A stretch of 64,000 bases of DNA from Selaginella moellendorffii (GCF_000143415.4 NW_003314343.1:310813-374812); one strand, 5' to 3'; shown: positions 1 through 12,463, counted from the first letter of the stretch. Numbers and translations are program-made. The notes: generated by a model not told the origin, from the letters alone.

Positions 1-1215
1 GTATCTCTACTTTTGTGTTAAAGATTTTTTATTTATTAAGGGATGCCTCTACAAATTTGAAGGGTGATAAATTTTCATCATTCAAGATATATTAAGGATG
101 TATGTGTTGGTGAAGAGGCATTTCTTTTGACTTGGGATAAAGTTAGATGTTGAAAAGTATGTAAGTGGTTATTTAATCTACTAGGTGGTCAAAGTTGATC
201 ATCAAAAGCTTATTGACATTTATCATCCTATATATATAACCAAAAATAAGTGGGATAATATCTTAATGAACTTTATCACTTATTTGCTCAAAACCTTTTG
301 AGGAAATAATGTTATTTGGGTTTTTGTGGATCGATGACTCACTTCTTATTAGTTAAAATGATAATTAAAGCTTTTAGGCATTTATAAATTGGTTATTCAA
401 TCCCTATAATTTGCCGGGTGACATTGATCAAGATCCTAACTTCACATCCAAGTTTTGGCAAATAGGTTTTAAGAATTTAGAAACTAAGCTGAGCATATAA
501 GTAATGGTGAGCCTCCACAGTTAGATAGGTAGATAGAGCACTTGAATTAACTGTTAGAATATATGTTGAGATTTTCTCATGGGAAACTTGATTTGGCAAG
601 GAGAAGTACTTACATTTGCTCTAGTTTACTCACAATAGCATTTAACAATCAACTATTAGTATATCTTAATTCATGGTAATATATGGCTTTAAGCCCAAGT
701 CTATTGTGAGTTTAAATTTGGCTTTGGTTTATACAAAATAAGCTTAAGTTGGCAAATTCAACATGAGATAGATTTAAGAAAATGATCAACATTGTCATCA
801 TTAGGAGTACAAAGTAGGTTTTCCTTAAGCTATCACATGTACAATAGTCTCTAAAGGAGATGGTACTGTTAAGTTGTCTCTATAGTATTATAGGCTTTGG
901 ACAATTTTGTAATGAATGAGGAATTTAAATTTTCTAGCTAGTTTGAAGATAAATACACTTACTAACTAGTTTGAAAATTCATCCAATATTTCATTTGAGC
1001 AAGTTTAAAATGTGTTTGCACTCTGGTAATGTCATGGATTAATCCATCATCTAAGTCATAAAGATTGATGTTGAAAAGGTTGGTGTAGCTAATATTCTTG
1101 CTCAAAAGTTGTTGGTTTAGTGAAATAAATATTCTATAGACTATGTTATATAAGAAACTGAAAATGACATGGAATTTCTCAAGTTTTGGTGAGTTTTAGT
1201 CATGAGGGGAACAAC
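1..1215 (+). mobile_element. Heavily decayed Ty3/gypsy LTR-retrotransposon integrase remnant
   Basis: Interrupted translation gives WDNILMNFITYLLKTF*GNNVIWVFVDR (~250-335), DQDPNFTSKFWQ (~425-460), a PQLDR*IEHLN segment resembling HPQTDGQTERLN (~515-550) and IHPIFHLSK (~977). AT-rich with many stops. Confidence 0.8.
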
Positions 1216-1467
1216 AATATTTGAAGAGCCCTTGAAAAACGTTTGGGTTACGTCATCAAACGATGGAGACTTCTACAGTTTTAAAAGCTCTCAGCGGGCT
1301 TTGTGGACACCTCGAAAGATCTCACGCTCAAGAGTGCCAGCCTCGAGAGTTTCCAGTTCTCTGGGTGCAGCGAGAACGAGAAAGTTTAGGATGATCACCG
1401 GGGGTAAAGTCTTATCCTTTTTGCTTGTCTTTTTAATAGCCGTAGTTTCCTAGGGCAGGGAAAACCT

Positions 1468-1899
1468 ATGGCGGAGGTGGACGCGACGGTGGAGTTCCTT
1501 AAAGCAGTCATGGAAATCTCAAGGACAGGCGTGAAACCTGATTGGATAGAGGTGGAGTATGGTCCTTATGGCATCCGTGGATATAAGGATTCTAGGCCTA
1601 AACGGGTTAAATCTCAAGAGGAGTTGGAAGAGATTGACAGGAAGAACAAGGAGCTGTGGGAATTGCACAGCCGTGGAAATGTATTTGGCACTATTTGCTC
1701 AAAGTGGGTTCGCTATGGGCGCTGTGGATTTGATGATTCGGATCCCTTGTGTAGCAAGGAGCATCCTCCAGAGTATCGAGGTAAATCAGGCCTCATCCTG
1801 GATAATGAATTAGCGTTCGCTCGCCAGAGAGTCCAGAATGGCCAGGTTGACAGGAGGATCTTGCCTCCGAGTGGATGTAAGTCATTGAATCATGAATGA
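1468..1899 (+). CDS. Uncharacterised ORF with a CCCH-like zinc finger (C-x8-C-x8-C-x3-H); possibly first exon of a degraded multi-exon gene running to ~2950
   Basis: ATG-started 143-aa ORF containing CSKWVRYGRCGFDDSDPLCSKEHP. Downstream GT/AG-bounded exon-like blocks (1990-2950) could not be joined into one open frame. Confidence 0.4.
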   Translation: MAEVDATVEFLKAVMEISRTGVKPDWIEVEYGPYGIRGYKDSRPKRVKSQEELEEIDRKNKELWELHSRGNVFGTICSKWVRYGRCGFDDSDPLCSKEHPPEYRGKSGLILDNELAFARQRVQNGQVDRRILPPSGCKSLNHE

Positions 1900-3265
1900 C
1901 GATCATTCTCCCGCAAATTTGATTTTGCGCGTTGCCATTATCCAAGAGGTGAGTCTCCTTGCTCCTTGTGTGTTCTCCAACCTCTCTTTGTAGGCCGGAG
2001 AACGGTTGGGCAAGCTTCTGTATATGGTACCCCGATTTCTTTGCTCGGTAAGATCATTAGCCAGGTTGCCATTGTTATCACGTCTGGAAAGGAGAGGGCA
2101 GTTTGTTTATCTTTTTCTTTGTTCTCCTTTCTCATGCACAATGTTCCAGAGGACGTAAAGGCTGCAGTTGATGCTGTGATCAACAGAAACAATGCCTTTA
2201 AAATTGAGGTTTTTGCTTTAATTATAACTCCCTTCTGGTGTCAGCTTTGGCAGCAGCCGTGCTGCTGGTGAGGGAGCTCCAGCCGCACGCTGATCAGAGA
2301 GAAGCTGCTGGGGGAGAAAACAGAAAAACCAACAGAGTTCGTGTCACGATTGTCAGCGTGACGTGTAAGTTAAATCGCTTAGAATTGCTCGCTTGATCTC
2401 CGGTGGCTTGTTCTTCTTTTGTTTTGGATCTAGACAAGGCCTCCCAAATCCTCAGGATGTTCAAGATTGTAACCTCCTAACTTGAGTCCTGATCGTGTCT
2501 AGACAGTGAGATGTGTATCTGAGGAGCTGCTTTGGCCGAAGAAGAGGTAGGTTTTTATACTTCTCTCCATTCCAGCTATGAGAAACAATGACATCCTGTA
2601 ACGATGGTTTCTCAGGCCGTCTATAGTGGAGACCGTGTTGCAACACAACACACTAAACCATATGTGGTCTTCTCTTAGAAGATAGAATTCCATCACTGTT
2701 GCATTGCTTACTCAGGAAATAAAATCCAACCCAGAAGGCACTCCAGCAACTGAGGCATGCTGCGGTGGCTACGCCCTCGTATGCATGGAGGCATGCTCTC
2801 TTCACCGCGGTCGTTAAGCCCGCGGCCAAGCACAAGTTCCTGTTCAAGCACGGCGTGCCTAAGCACATTGAAGCGCGGCAGGATCCCCACACCACTGCCA
2901 AGCTGAGACAGCCACTGGAATCGGTCGCGCCCAAGGAACGAACCTTTGCTTGAGAAAGATGGAGAATGTTTTGGTGATGCTTCTTGTTGTCCTGGTGCCT
3001 GGCAGCACAAAACGAATTAAAGTTTTAAGCACAATTCTACAAGAAACACACGCTAGAGAAACTCCTCCCTCGCTCTCCTTGCCTGGACAATCTCTCGAGC
3101 GAAGAGATAATTCCTGTTCAACACTCAAATGAAAGCATTGAGAGTGAAAGAATGATGTCAGTTCGTTAGTATTTCAAAACGTGAAGGACTCTGAAGATAG
3201 CCAGTATCGATCAAGCTCAAGACATAAGATTTAGGAACACTAACCTTTGCTTGATAAAGATCGAA

Positions 3266-4756
3266 TCAATACAAGGAGAATGTTTTGGTGATGCTTCTTG
3301 TCCTGGTGGCTGGCCTCGCAGCAGCTCGGCAGCAGCACAGCCTGCAAAACTGCTCCTTGGCCACCCCCAGCACCGAGCAAACTCCAAACGAGACAAAATG
3401 TAGCACAATGAGGCCAGAGTACCTTGGCAAATAAGCAAATTTTGCCTTTGTCAGCATCAACTGGACACAAGATAACGATTACCATATTGGTGCAGAAGCA
3501 GTGGTGATGTCCAAGAAGGGGTATGGCCACCTGAAGTTGCAAAAATTTAGCTGTAAATTCCATCACAACTCTTTTCGATCTTACCAGCTTACGCCTGTAG
3601 CATGCATTATCCACAAGAAGAGGGTGTAAGCAACACTCCACAGGGTGAAGTAGGCGCACCGAAACCATGGAAAAGGCTGCACGGACGACACAGTCACGAC
3701 CACCATTTATAATTTCATATACTAGAACTCACCATGGTGTTCACCATGAACTCTGTCAGAATAAACAAGGCGTTGATTCCATGAACGTTGATGTTGAGCT
3801 GCGGGATGTAAGTAAAGCAACGTGTTTTATTTCCGAGTCGATCAAGAAACTTACGAAGTTGTTTCGAAATCCGGATGGTATGACGAGTGGAACAAGAACG
3901 AGCCAAAACATCGCATCCGTGAGCAGCACGGCTGGAGCGGAGATCTAGCCAGAAAAAAAAGAAAAGAAAAGAAAAAGCAGGTGATTATAGCTTGCAAACT
4001 TGCTGACACGAAACAAAATACCTGAAACAAGATTTGCAGCAAGTAGCCCAGGCATCCAGCATTGGTTTCTTCCGGTGCTGTCGAAGCACGAGGTGATGAA
4101 ACACCAGCTTCCTCCGGCGATCCCTTGAGAAGCGAGACACTCTGGGCGGTGTCTGTCTCTCGGCCACGATTGCAAAACATTCCTTTCCCACTCACCAGCG
4201 ACGCAAGCTACAAAACAGTCCAGGCTCACGAAAGTAAAAAGTAAAAAAACGCCTTTTTGGTAGGAGAGGAAAAGTTACCGCGAAATAGACGACTGTGAGA
4301 GTGAAAGTCCACCTGCAAGGAACACAGAAAATGATGCCTTGAGTGGAGGCTTCACACATTTTCTACCTACAAACCGAGAGTTAATTAGTGCTGAGACTTA
4401 TAGAAAGGAAACAAAGCTTACTGTGTGTAGAAGCGATAGGAGAAAACCCCGTGGAAGCAGAGATCATAGACGAGAATCGGGAGAAAGTAGACGAATCCCA
4501 GGGCCCGGAACGCCAGCAGCCATCCAGGATGCAGCGCTCCAGCGCAGGCCGCCCACACATCCCCATCCGCCACAAAATCCACACTCCCCACGCCCACAGT
4601 CACCTCCCTCCGGGCAGCATTCCAAGCGCATCGCGTCCCAAAGCGCTCGTACTTCCAGATCAATGCGATGGATCCACATACCACCAGCGCGACCTCCACA
4701 ATGCACAGCATCGCCGGCCATCGCTCCCCCACCAAGCTCCCAAACGCCATAGCCAC
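3266..4756 (-). CDS. Multi-pass membrane protein, rolling-stone-like plant family (8 exons)
   Basis: Spliced model: LHPGWLLAFR...FYTQ|WTFTLTVVYFA|LASLVSGKG...GYLLQILFQ|ISAPAVLLTDAMFWLVLVP|LNINVHGINALFILTE|PFPWFRCAYFTLWS|WPYPFLD|YSGLIVLH...FSLY*. GT-AG junctions are in phase. Confidence 0.85.
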
Positions 4757-5089
4757 CGCCTCTTCCCCCCTCTCTCTCTCTAGTTCTTTGCCCTAGGACC
4801 AGTCTGTTGAATGGCCTGCCACGTGGTGCCTCGCCATTGGCTCCAGGCCGAGGTCTCTCTGTGGGCAGTGGGTCTCTTTTGTGAGAGCGTTTGCTCGTCC
4901 TTTTCTTCCTCCACGTTTCCCTCTCTTTCTTTCCCCCTCACATTTTTCTTGTGGAGCTCCGAGATTTGTGCCAGATCTACGCAGCTCATTGTCTTGTGGC
5001 CGTGAATCTCGATCCGGCTTTTAGGGTTCTAGCAATGCAGAGATCTCCCCGGAATTGATAGCCTAGCGCATTGGATTCGCGACAAAGGA

Positions 5090-6419
5090 ATGTCGCTTCG
5101 TGCTCCCAAGGGCGTGGGGCTTGCATGGCAGCCTGAGAATCCAGCGCTCCTCGGCCGGGCTGGCAGCGTCGCGTCAGCGAAGGCGTCATCAAGCTCCAAG
5201 AGTAGAGGAGCTCTTTTTCGTGTCAAGGGGGGCGTTGCTCGTCACAGCATGGATTTCCCACACAAGAACAAGGAAATGGATTCGTGCTCCTCTCAAGATC
5301 GCGAAGATGTTTCTTCCAAGCGATCGACCACGAGTCCGTGCCTTCCTGGTAAGTTTGACGCATAGGTAGCTCGTCGGACTTGATTTTTTCTTGCTCTTTC
5401 GATCCAGGGATCATCTATCCTCCAACCACGACTGTGGGAAAATCGACCAACATCTTCTGGCAGGAATGCATGGTGAAGAAACAAGATCGAGAGGCGATGC
5501 TGGGCCAGAAAGGATGCGTCGTGTGGATCACTGGCCTCAGTGCTTCAGGTGCTGTTTTTAAGGTGAAAGCTTTGGCTCTAGCAATTCTTTTGACGTGATG
5601 TTCTTGCTTCTTTCCTTCCTTCCTTGGCTGGCAGGGAAGAGCACTCTAGCTTGCGCGCTGGATCACGCACTGCTCAGCCGGGGGAAGCTCAGCTACGTTC
5701 TCGACGGAGACAATCTCCGCCATGGTCTCAACAACAACTTGGGATTCAGTGCCGAGGATCGAGCTGAAAACATTCGACGTGTTGGTACTCATCTCGATCG
5801 ACACTTTTTCCAAAAGAGAAAGTTTGTTTAATGTTTGCTTGCTTTTCTAGGTGAAGTTGCCAAGCTTTTCGCCGATGCCGGACTGATTTGCATTGCGAGC
5901 TTTATATCACCGTATAGAAAAGATCGCGATTCCTGCCGTCAGCTACTTCCCGCGGGAGACTTCATTGAGGTGAACTGTCTCTTTTTCTTTTGGACCAGAT
6001 ATTGAAGACTGCCAGCACAGGTCTATCTCAAAGTTCCGCTCAGTGTTTGCGAGAAGAGAGATCCCAAAGGCCTTTACAAGCTGGCTCGTGCTGGAAAGAT
6101 CAAAGGTTCCTCTTTCTTTTTTCTTTTGTAGCTTGCACAGCGCTTTAAGTTGGTTTGTTTCAGGATTCACCGGCATTGATGATCCATACGAGGAGCCTCA
6201 TAACTGCGAGGTACTTACTGCTGAGACTCTTTTCTGGTTTCACAAGTAAAGCATAAGCCAATGCAGATCGTAATGGAGATAGACGACGGTGCTGTTCCCA
6301 CGCCTTCGGAGATGGCCGACACCGTTATCTCGTTTCTCGAACAAGAAGGTTACTTGCCTGCCAAGCAAAACAGTAACAATTGCTCCGGTGTACATACCAA
6401 CATTGACTGTGAAGGCTAG
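5090..6419 (+). CDS. APK: Adenylyl-sulfate (APS) kinase with an N-terminal extension (possible plastid transit peptide)
   Basis: Motifs [25 protein letters not shown] (P-loop), [30 protein letters not shown] and [10 protein letters not shown] across spliced exons; TAG at 6417-6419. Confidence 0.95.
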
Positions 6420-6489
6420 AGAAGTTTGCTTGGAAACACGGTAAACTGTTATTCCTTTCACTCTTACTAATCCATCCGTTTCCTTTTTT

Positions 6490-7523
6490 CTAGTAAGAAA
6501 GCCTGCAGTTTTGGAAAGCTTCCACGACGAGCTGGGCCGTCTTGAGAGAGCTCTGTGGATTCTGACCCGTGATCAGTCTCCCATCAGCCACGGCGTAAGG
6601 TGTCTGCAGCCAAAAATCCCGTGAGTTCTCTAAACAACGAGCTCTCCAACTTGGACAAACTCACCCAGTCTGAGCCAGATTCGTAGCGTCCTCCCAGCTT
6701 CTTGAGCTTGTCCTCGAGGAGGTATGGAACTTTGTCAGTCTTTCCAACCGCGGCTTCCTCCGAGTTACTGAAACCAGTCACCTGTGACAAGAAGAAAGCG
6801 TTACAAAGCGTGATCCAAAGAGTTGGAATGGAAGAAACGCTACCTTCTTTCCCTTGACGATGGGATCACCGTCTGGAGTGAGCGGGCCACAAAGGCCGAC
6901 TGGACCGTGGCACACTGCAGCGACGATCTTGCCATCGGCCCAAAACTTTTCAACCAGCGCTATGAGCTCCGCGTTCTCGGCAAAGTCGAAGCACACTCCA
7001 TGTCCTCCTGCGAAAGAAAAAGTGAGACCACACTAAACAATCGAAGAGCTTGCCTGGCAGGAAGATCGCATCGTACGTGTCGGCAGCATCTTTGATCGCG
7101 ATCGACTTCTCCAGTTTGTCTTTCAGGCCATGCTCTGATAGAAAACCAAGTAGAACCTTACACTTCTTTTTGGAAAGAAGTAGAGAGTACCGTTTTGATG
7201 AAAGCGCTTGACATGATCAGTGGTGTAGTTCTCCGCAAGACTGTTTGGATCTGGAGAGAGAAGATCACAAAAAAGACTAGTTGCAAAGATCCAGAAAGAT
7301 CATCAGCACAAACCCAATGGAATGGCGCCTCCTTTGATGCTTGCAACATCACACTTGGCGCCTTGTTCGATGAACTCGTAGTACGGTGCTGCCAGTTCCT
7401 CGGCCCTGTGACACCGCTCAATTGGATTCGATCACAATGGACTTACCAAAGCCCGGTCTTCTCGTCCACCGCCTTAAAGCGATCGCACGAGGTGCACACA
7501 AACAAGACGCGCTTCTCCGCCAT
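6490..7523 (-). CDS. DJ-1/PfpI superfamily protein, Hsp31/glyoxalase III type
   Basis: Spliced model: MAEKRVLFVCTS...TGLW|AEELAAPYYEF...KGGAIPL|DPNS...|YDAIFLPG|GHGVCFDF...AAVCHGPVGL...KGKK|VTGFSNSEE...|DGRLITGQNPQSS. Glu/Cys/His catalytic residues are present. One GC-AG intron (7008-7053). Confidence 0.9.
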
Positions 7524-7648
7524 AGCCAAAAGCAAGAAATCTCTGTGCTTGTAGAGATAAAAAAAGTAGACGAACCCTTTCTATGTATTCCACGTGTTAG
7601 AACAGATATGGAATATAAAAGAGCTTCTTTTCTTTGATCGTAGACTTT

Positions 7649-9443
7649 CTAGTCGTGCGTAGGGGCGGCAGCGTGACGAGCTGCTCGAGCCAAGGGACCA
7701 AACAGCTTCTTTAGCTGCTGAACTCGATCGTTGTGACAGCCAAGGATTGCGGGAGAAGGCTTGGCATCCGCTGCTCCTTGATCGATCAGCAAATCAAAGC
7801 CTCCAACCTGTGAAGACATCAAACTAGATCTTCACTGAACGAGAGAAAAGCTTACTCTTTTCGGAGAGCTTTGCGCTGGTAGACGTCGCTCCATGTCTAC
7901 AATGGAAAGCAAGTCGTCCAGCATTCCAAACTTGAGGTCGTAGTCGGATGGAGTATCAGCAGCCAGGCTCGGAGATGCATTTACCTGCACTTAAAACCTG
8001 TGAGAGAAAAGAAAGCTTGTATGGTACGTACTTCGAGCAACCACGGCTTGAGAGACTCGTCCACGAGAATGTCGTATCCATAGAGCTCGAAGCAGTGCTT
8101 GTCCTGGATGATTACGTTTTGCACCGCTATAAGTGACCGGATGATTATCATCTGGATGTTGTGGAAGAGCTCGTTCACGGCCTTCTCTCCATGCTTGGTG
8201 ATCATGTGTATCTTCAAACTCTGTAGTGGCCTGGTGAAAGAAATTTGTTTAATGCCAAAACATGTGAATGGATCACTCACCATTTTGTTCCATTCTTTGA
8301 ATCGTAAGTTGGGGCCGTCTTCTGTATAGCAAAATTCGTGAGATGGACGTAGTTGTTCAAGATATCTTCTTTCTTCATGCTGAAACGCGTGTTTGTGAAT
8401 CTCGCAAAACCTGATCTGTATAGGTAGGCCTGGAAAGATCGAGTAAAATGACCTTCAAGACGTAGAAATGGCATAACAGGGAGTACCTTCAGTGGTGTAT
8501 ATGCCATGACCAAAACGTAGATCCGAAGATCAAATTTTTTGCCGCCGACCAGGTAAGGATTGTTGATGTATCGTTGAACAATGTAGCTTTCCACCTGGCC
8601 ATAGCGTTCATTTCTCAGGAAATCACGAGAGCACTCACCTGTGGATTATCAACTTTCCATCGATGATCCTTCTTCCATTCACTGATCTGCCCGAGCTTGT
8701 GGAACAAAAAGATACCTCTTCCTTGTGCTTTTCCAACGGGTTTCATTATCCAGACTCCCTGCAAGGGAATTTCTATAAAAAAATGTAAAGAAAGAGCTGG
8801 ATCTTAGCATACCGCATTTCGCTTGAACTGCTCCACAAAGAGACCGTATTCTGCGGGCAAGGCGTATGTGGGTGGAAAAAAATCGTACTTTGCAGCTTCC
8901 GCCGATCGACTGTCTTTCTCAAGTGTTTTCTTCATGCGCTTCAAGTTCTTGATGAGCAAATCTTTCCGTGTCAGCTGTAGAGAGCATTCTCAGGTATTAC
9001 ACCACTTCACAAGGACATACCTTTTTAGTGCATGGATTACAAGAATGCCTGGGAAATGTACCTCGTAGTAGTTTCTAAAGTGATTGATCCTCTGCAAAGA
9101 AAAATTAGCCCAAGGCTGATGCCACAAGAGCGTCGTGTACCTGGTGGTCTGCGAGATGGATATGGTCGAAAAACTCGTGCAACCAGCTCACATCGGACCA
9201 GAAAAAATCCCAATCTAGCTCACTGCATCGCCACACTCGAGCATAAAGCAAAGAAACAATAGCTCCAAGTACCTGTCCGTCTCGCTCCACTGCCGGGCCT
9301 TCAAAACTTCGTAGATAACTGTCTTCCAGGAGCAGCGAAACCGGATGCTGGAAAATTCACAGAAAAAATGATTCCAGCAAATGTAGAAGAAAGAAGCAAG
9401 CATATTACTTGGGGTTGGGCTTTCCAAGAATTCTCTGAGCCAT
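7649..9443 (-). CDS. TTLL9: Tubulin polyglutamylase, TTLL9-like
   Basis: Motifs [102 protein letters not shown] and C-terminal VGGFDL...LGCHNDR. Start [12 protein letters not shown] inferred from splice phase. Confidence 0.88.
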
Positions 9444-9815
9444 CCAGCTGAGCAGCGGCACAAGCAGCGATGGACGAGAAAGCAGCGAGCCCTAATCCAC
9501 GCAACGAGTCTCGGACACCTGAAACGGACGCCGTTGACAGTTTAGAACATTCCTGTCGGTTACAGTTAAGGAACTCTCCCGTTGAATATCCCCAAAACCC
9601 TAGCTCCTCCTCTACCTAGAAATCGCTCTCTCCGAAAAGAATGCGCCATGGATCGAGCACGGAATGCTCTTCCAAAGATCTAGGAATCGAGAATGCCCTA
9701 AACTATAAACCCTAAAGACAGAAGGCGGGCTGTTTAAATCCAAATTCAAATTTCAAATTCCAATCCAATGTGTATACACAAGAATCCGATAGAAGGTAGC
9801 AAGCCATAGCCGAAC

Positions 9816-11923
9816 TTACTTGCCGCTGCCATAGCCGAGCTTGGTAGCAAGCTGCCCAAAGAGTCCTGAGTTGGGTGCTTCATTCGGATTCTCATGGGCT
9901 ATGGCGCTTTTCTCTGGCAGTGGAGACGCTTCGGCTTTGTCCTCTTTATTCTGTTCTTTGGGATGAGCTTGGTCGGGGGCTCCGATTGCCTTCTCTGATG
10001 GCTCCTCTTCCTTGACAGTGTCTTGAGCAGCGGGGATTGGATCTTCTCGAGCAGACGTTTCAACTGGTGCTGCTGTTTGATCACTCTCCTTTGACTCCGG
10101 GACTTGTGATTTCTCTGGAGCTCCTGTCAATTGATCGCTCGTCTTCTCCAGCTCTCGAGGCTTTGGCGCCGACTCCTGCGTTGGAAGTGCCTGTGGCTCT
10201 TCATCTTTGATTTCCTCGATGGTGGGTGCATCGTCGGTCCGCTCCAGTGTTTCATCCTTGGCGTCCATGAAGTTCTCCCCGTTCTTTGGTGCTTCTGGTA
10301 AACCTTTGTCACTCGCATCCACAAATCCAATGTCCCGCTGCGAGGAGCTATCTTCCACTTTGCTGCCGATCTCGTCTTTCTCAGCTGGAGATTTTTCCAC
10401 TTTGCTGCCGCTCTCGTCTTTCTCAACTGAAGATTCTTCCACTTTGCTGCTGCTAATTTCCTCCGGGCCTCTCTCGGCTTGCGCTCCCTCACCTTTGCTG
10501 GACTCGCTCTCCTTGGTCGCATTGATAGAAGTCTCATCGTCGAGCTTTGTCTCCGCGGATTGCTGTTCCAAGCCGGATGATTCCTTCAAAGCCTCGTCAA
10601 CCTTTGAGTCGCCCAGATGCTCATCGGCGGCTGGTGCTTTCTCGCCAGCCACTGTATCGTCGAGAGGCGCTGCTTTTTCCTGCTCTTGACCCATCGGATC
10701 GTCAAGAATCTGCTCGTCTCCGTGCGTTGGAGCACTCCGATCGTCAGCCACCTTTGGGTCGATCTCACCACCCTCTTGTTTCTCGCCTGAAGTTTGATGC
10801 TCGCTCGGAAGCTCGCGCGGCTCAGCAGAGATCTCGTCAGTGCCTTTCTCGCCCTCAAACTTTGGAGGCTGATCGATCTCCTTTGTGTCAAGTTCTCGGC
10901 TGACAACATTCTCATCACCTTCCGTTGGCTGCTGTAAGAAAAGAGCAAGATCACTACTCATTCAACGAAAACTCATCAGTTCTTACCTTGGCAGCATCGT
11001 TTCCCTGATCAACTTTAGCTTGCTCCAAGGACTCCTCCCCTTGAGCACTTGAGGAAGACTTAATGTCGGGTTCTCCAGTGTAAACATTGCTGGAAGACAG
11101 TTCTTCCACTTGTTCGGGAGTGACTTGCACCCCCTTGTCGGACGTAAAAATGCTCCCATCTTTCCTCTCATCGTCACGAGTTTCGGAAGTTTGTGGAGTC
11201 GGTTCTTGAGTCTGTGACTCCGCGGGGGCCTTCTCATCGAGATCACCATCTTTGTCCTTGTAATTGTAGTTCGTGGGGACTGCTTGGAGCGCGTCCGATG
11301 GTTCTTGATGCTCCGCGATGGCTTGAGAAGGCAACCCCTCGGTTAGACCATCCGATTTCCTAAATTCAAAGCTATCATCATTGTCTGATAAGAAAAAACA
11401 TCCATCTTTAGTCGGACTGATACAGAAAAAACCCTCGAATTCCATACCTTTCTTTTCCTTTTGCTGGATCAAAGCATACTCATCCAATGGCACATTCAAA
11501 TCCTGCAAGAATCACGATCCGAATTGATACTTTTGTCGAATTATTATCGAATTTGCTTACTCTCGAGTCGGGCTGGCTGGAAGGAGCCTGAGCCTCGGTG
11601 CTCAGCTCTTCCTCTTCCTCAACCTCACCCTCTTCACCAGGAATAGAATCATCGATAATCTCTTGCTTAGTGCCGTCCTCACCACCGCCGCTATGACTCT
11701 TGGGCTTGAGCTTGCTCCCGAGTTTCTTGACCTTGTCCTTGGCCTTCTGGAGCACGGATTTCTTCTCCGGAGTTGTGCCACTGCCGCCCTCCACAACCTG
11801 TGCCTCATCCTTGACGTGATCTATCGAAGTTTCGATCGAGAATCAAGCGTTTAGTCTTCAAGAATGCGATGCTAGAAAAGAAACACTCTGATATATAGTA
11901 CCTGGGTGGTGCTCTTGAGCCAT
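9816..11923 (-). CDS. Large acidic, hydrophilic protein, LTI65/RD29/CAP160-like
   Basis: N-terminal EKKSVLQKAKDKVKKLGSKL resembles the LTI65/LTI78 N-terminal motif. Long E/D/K/S-rich ORFs (11480-11794, 10954-11508, 9816-10961) are joined by short introns. First exon MAQEHHP at 11923. Confidence 0.7.
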
Positions 11924-12011
11924 GCTTTATCTTGTAGTGAATAGACTATCCCCGACTGCGTTCTCGCAAATCAAGCAAAGTGTTCTGAGCTCCACACCAA
12001 TCGCCAGAAGG

Positions 12012-12102
12012 TTTATAAAGCGGCCGGATCGGACGGACGAGGGGAGACGTGGCGGCATCCAGCGGCGCGGGCCATGTGGGTCCGTCTCCTCTTGACACGT
12101 GT
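12012..12102 (-). promoter_or_regulatory. TATA box and two ABRE/G-box elements upstream of the LTI65-like gene
   Basis: TTTATAAA at 12012-12019, ACGTGGC at 12047-12053 and GACACGTGT at 12094-12102, all 90-180 bp upstream of the ATG. Confidence 0.6.
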
Positions 12103-12463
12103 TTTGCTCCTCTGGCATGGCTACCTGTCCCCCGCGAATATTTCTGCCCCGTTGGATTAGAGTAATGTATAAAATACTACGATACGATAATGTCCGTATG
12201 GAGGGTACGGAACGACCATGCTTTTTTTTAGCATGCTCGCAACGGCATCAATTTATACCCTTCCGATTTAAACGGTTCGGGTAGCCGAACCTAGTCGCAA
12301 CAGCCAGAATTTTGGCTCGGCGGGGCGGCTCGTCACCGGGGCTGGGGCATTAGGCGGGCAAAGCAATTCGAGAGAGCTCAAAGAAGGTGGAGGTAGCGAG
12401 CCCTAGGGTTGGATCGATCGATCGCCGGGACTGGCTTGTGATGCGCCGCGACGCAGCCGACTG

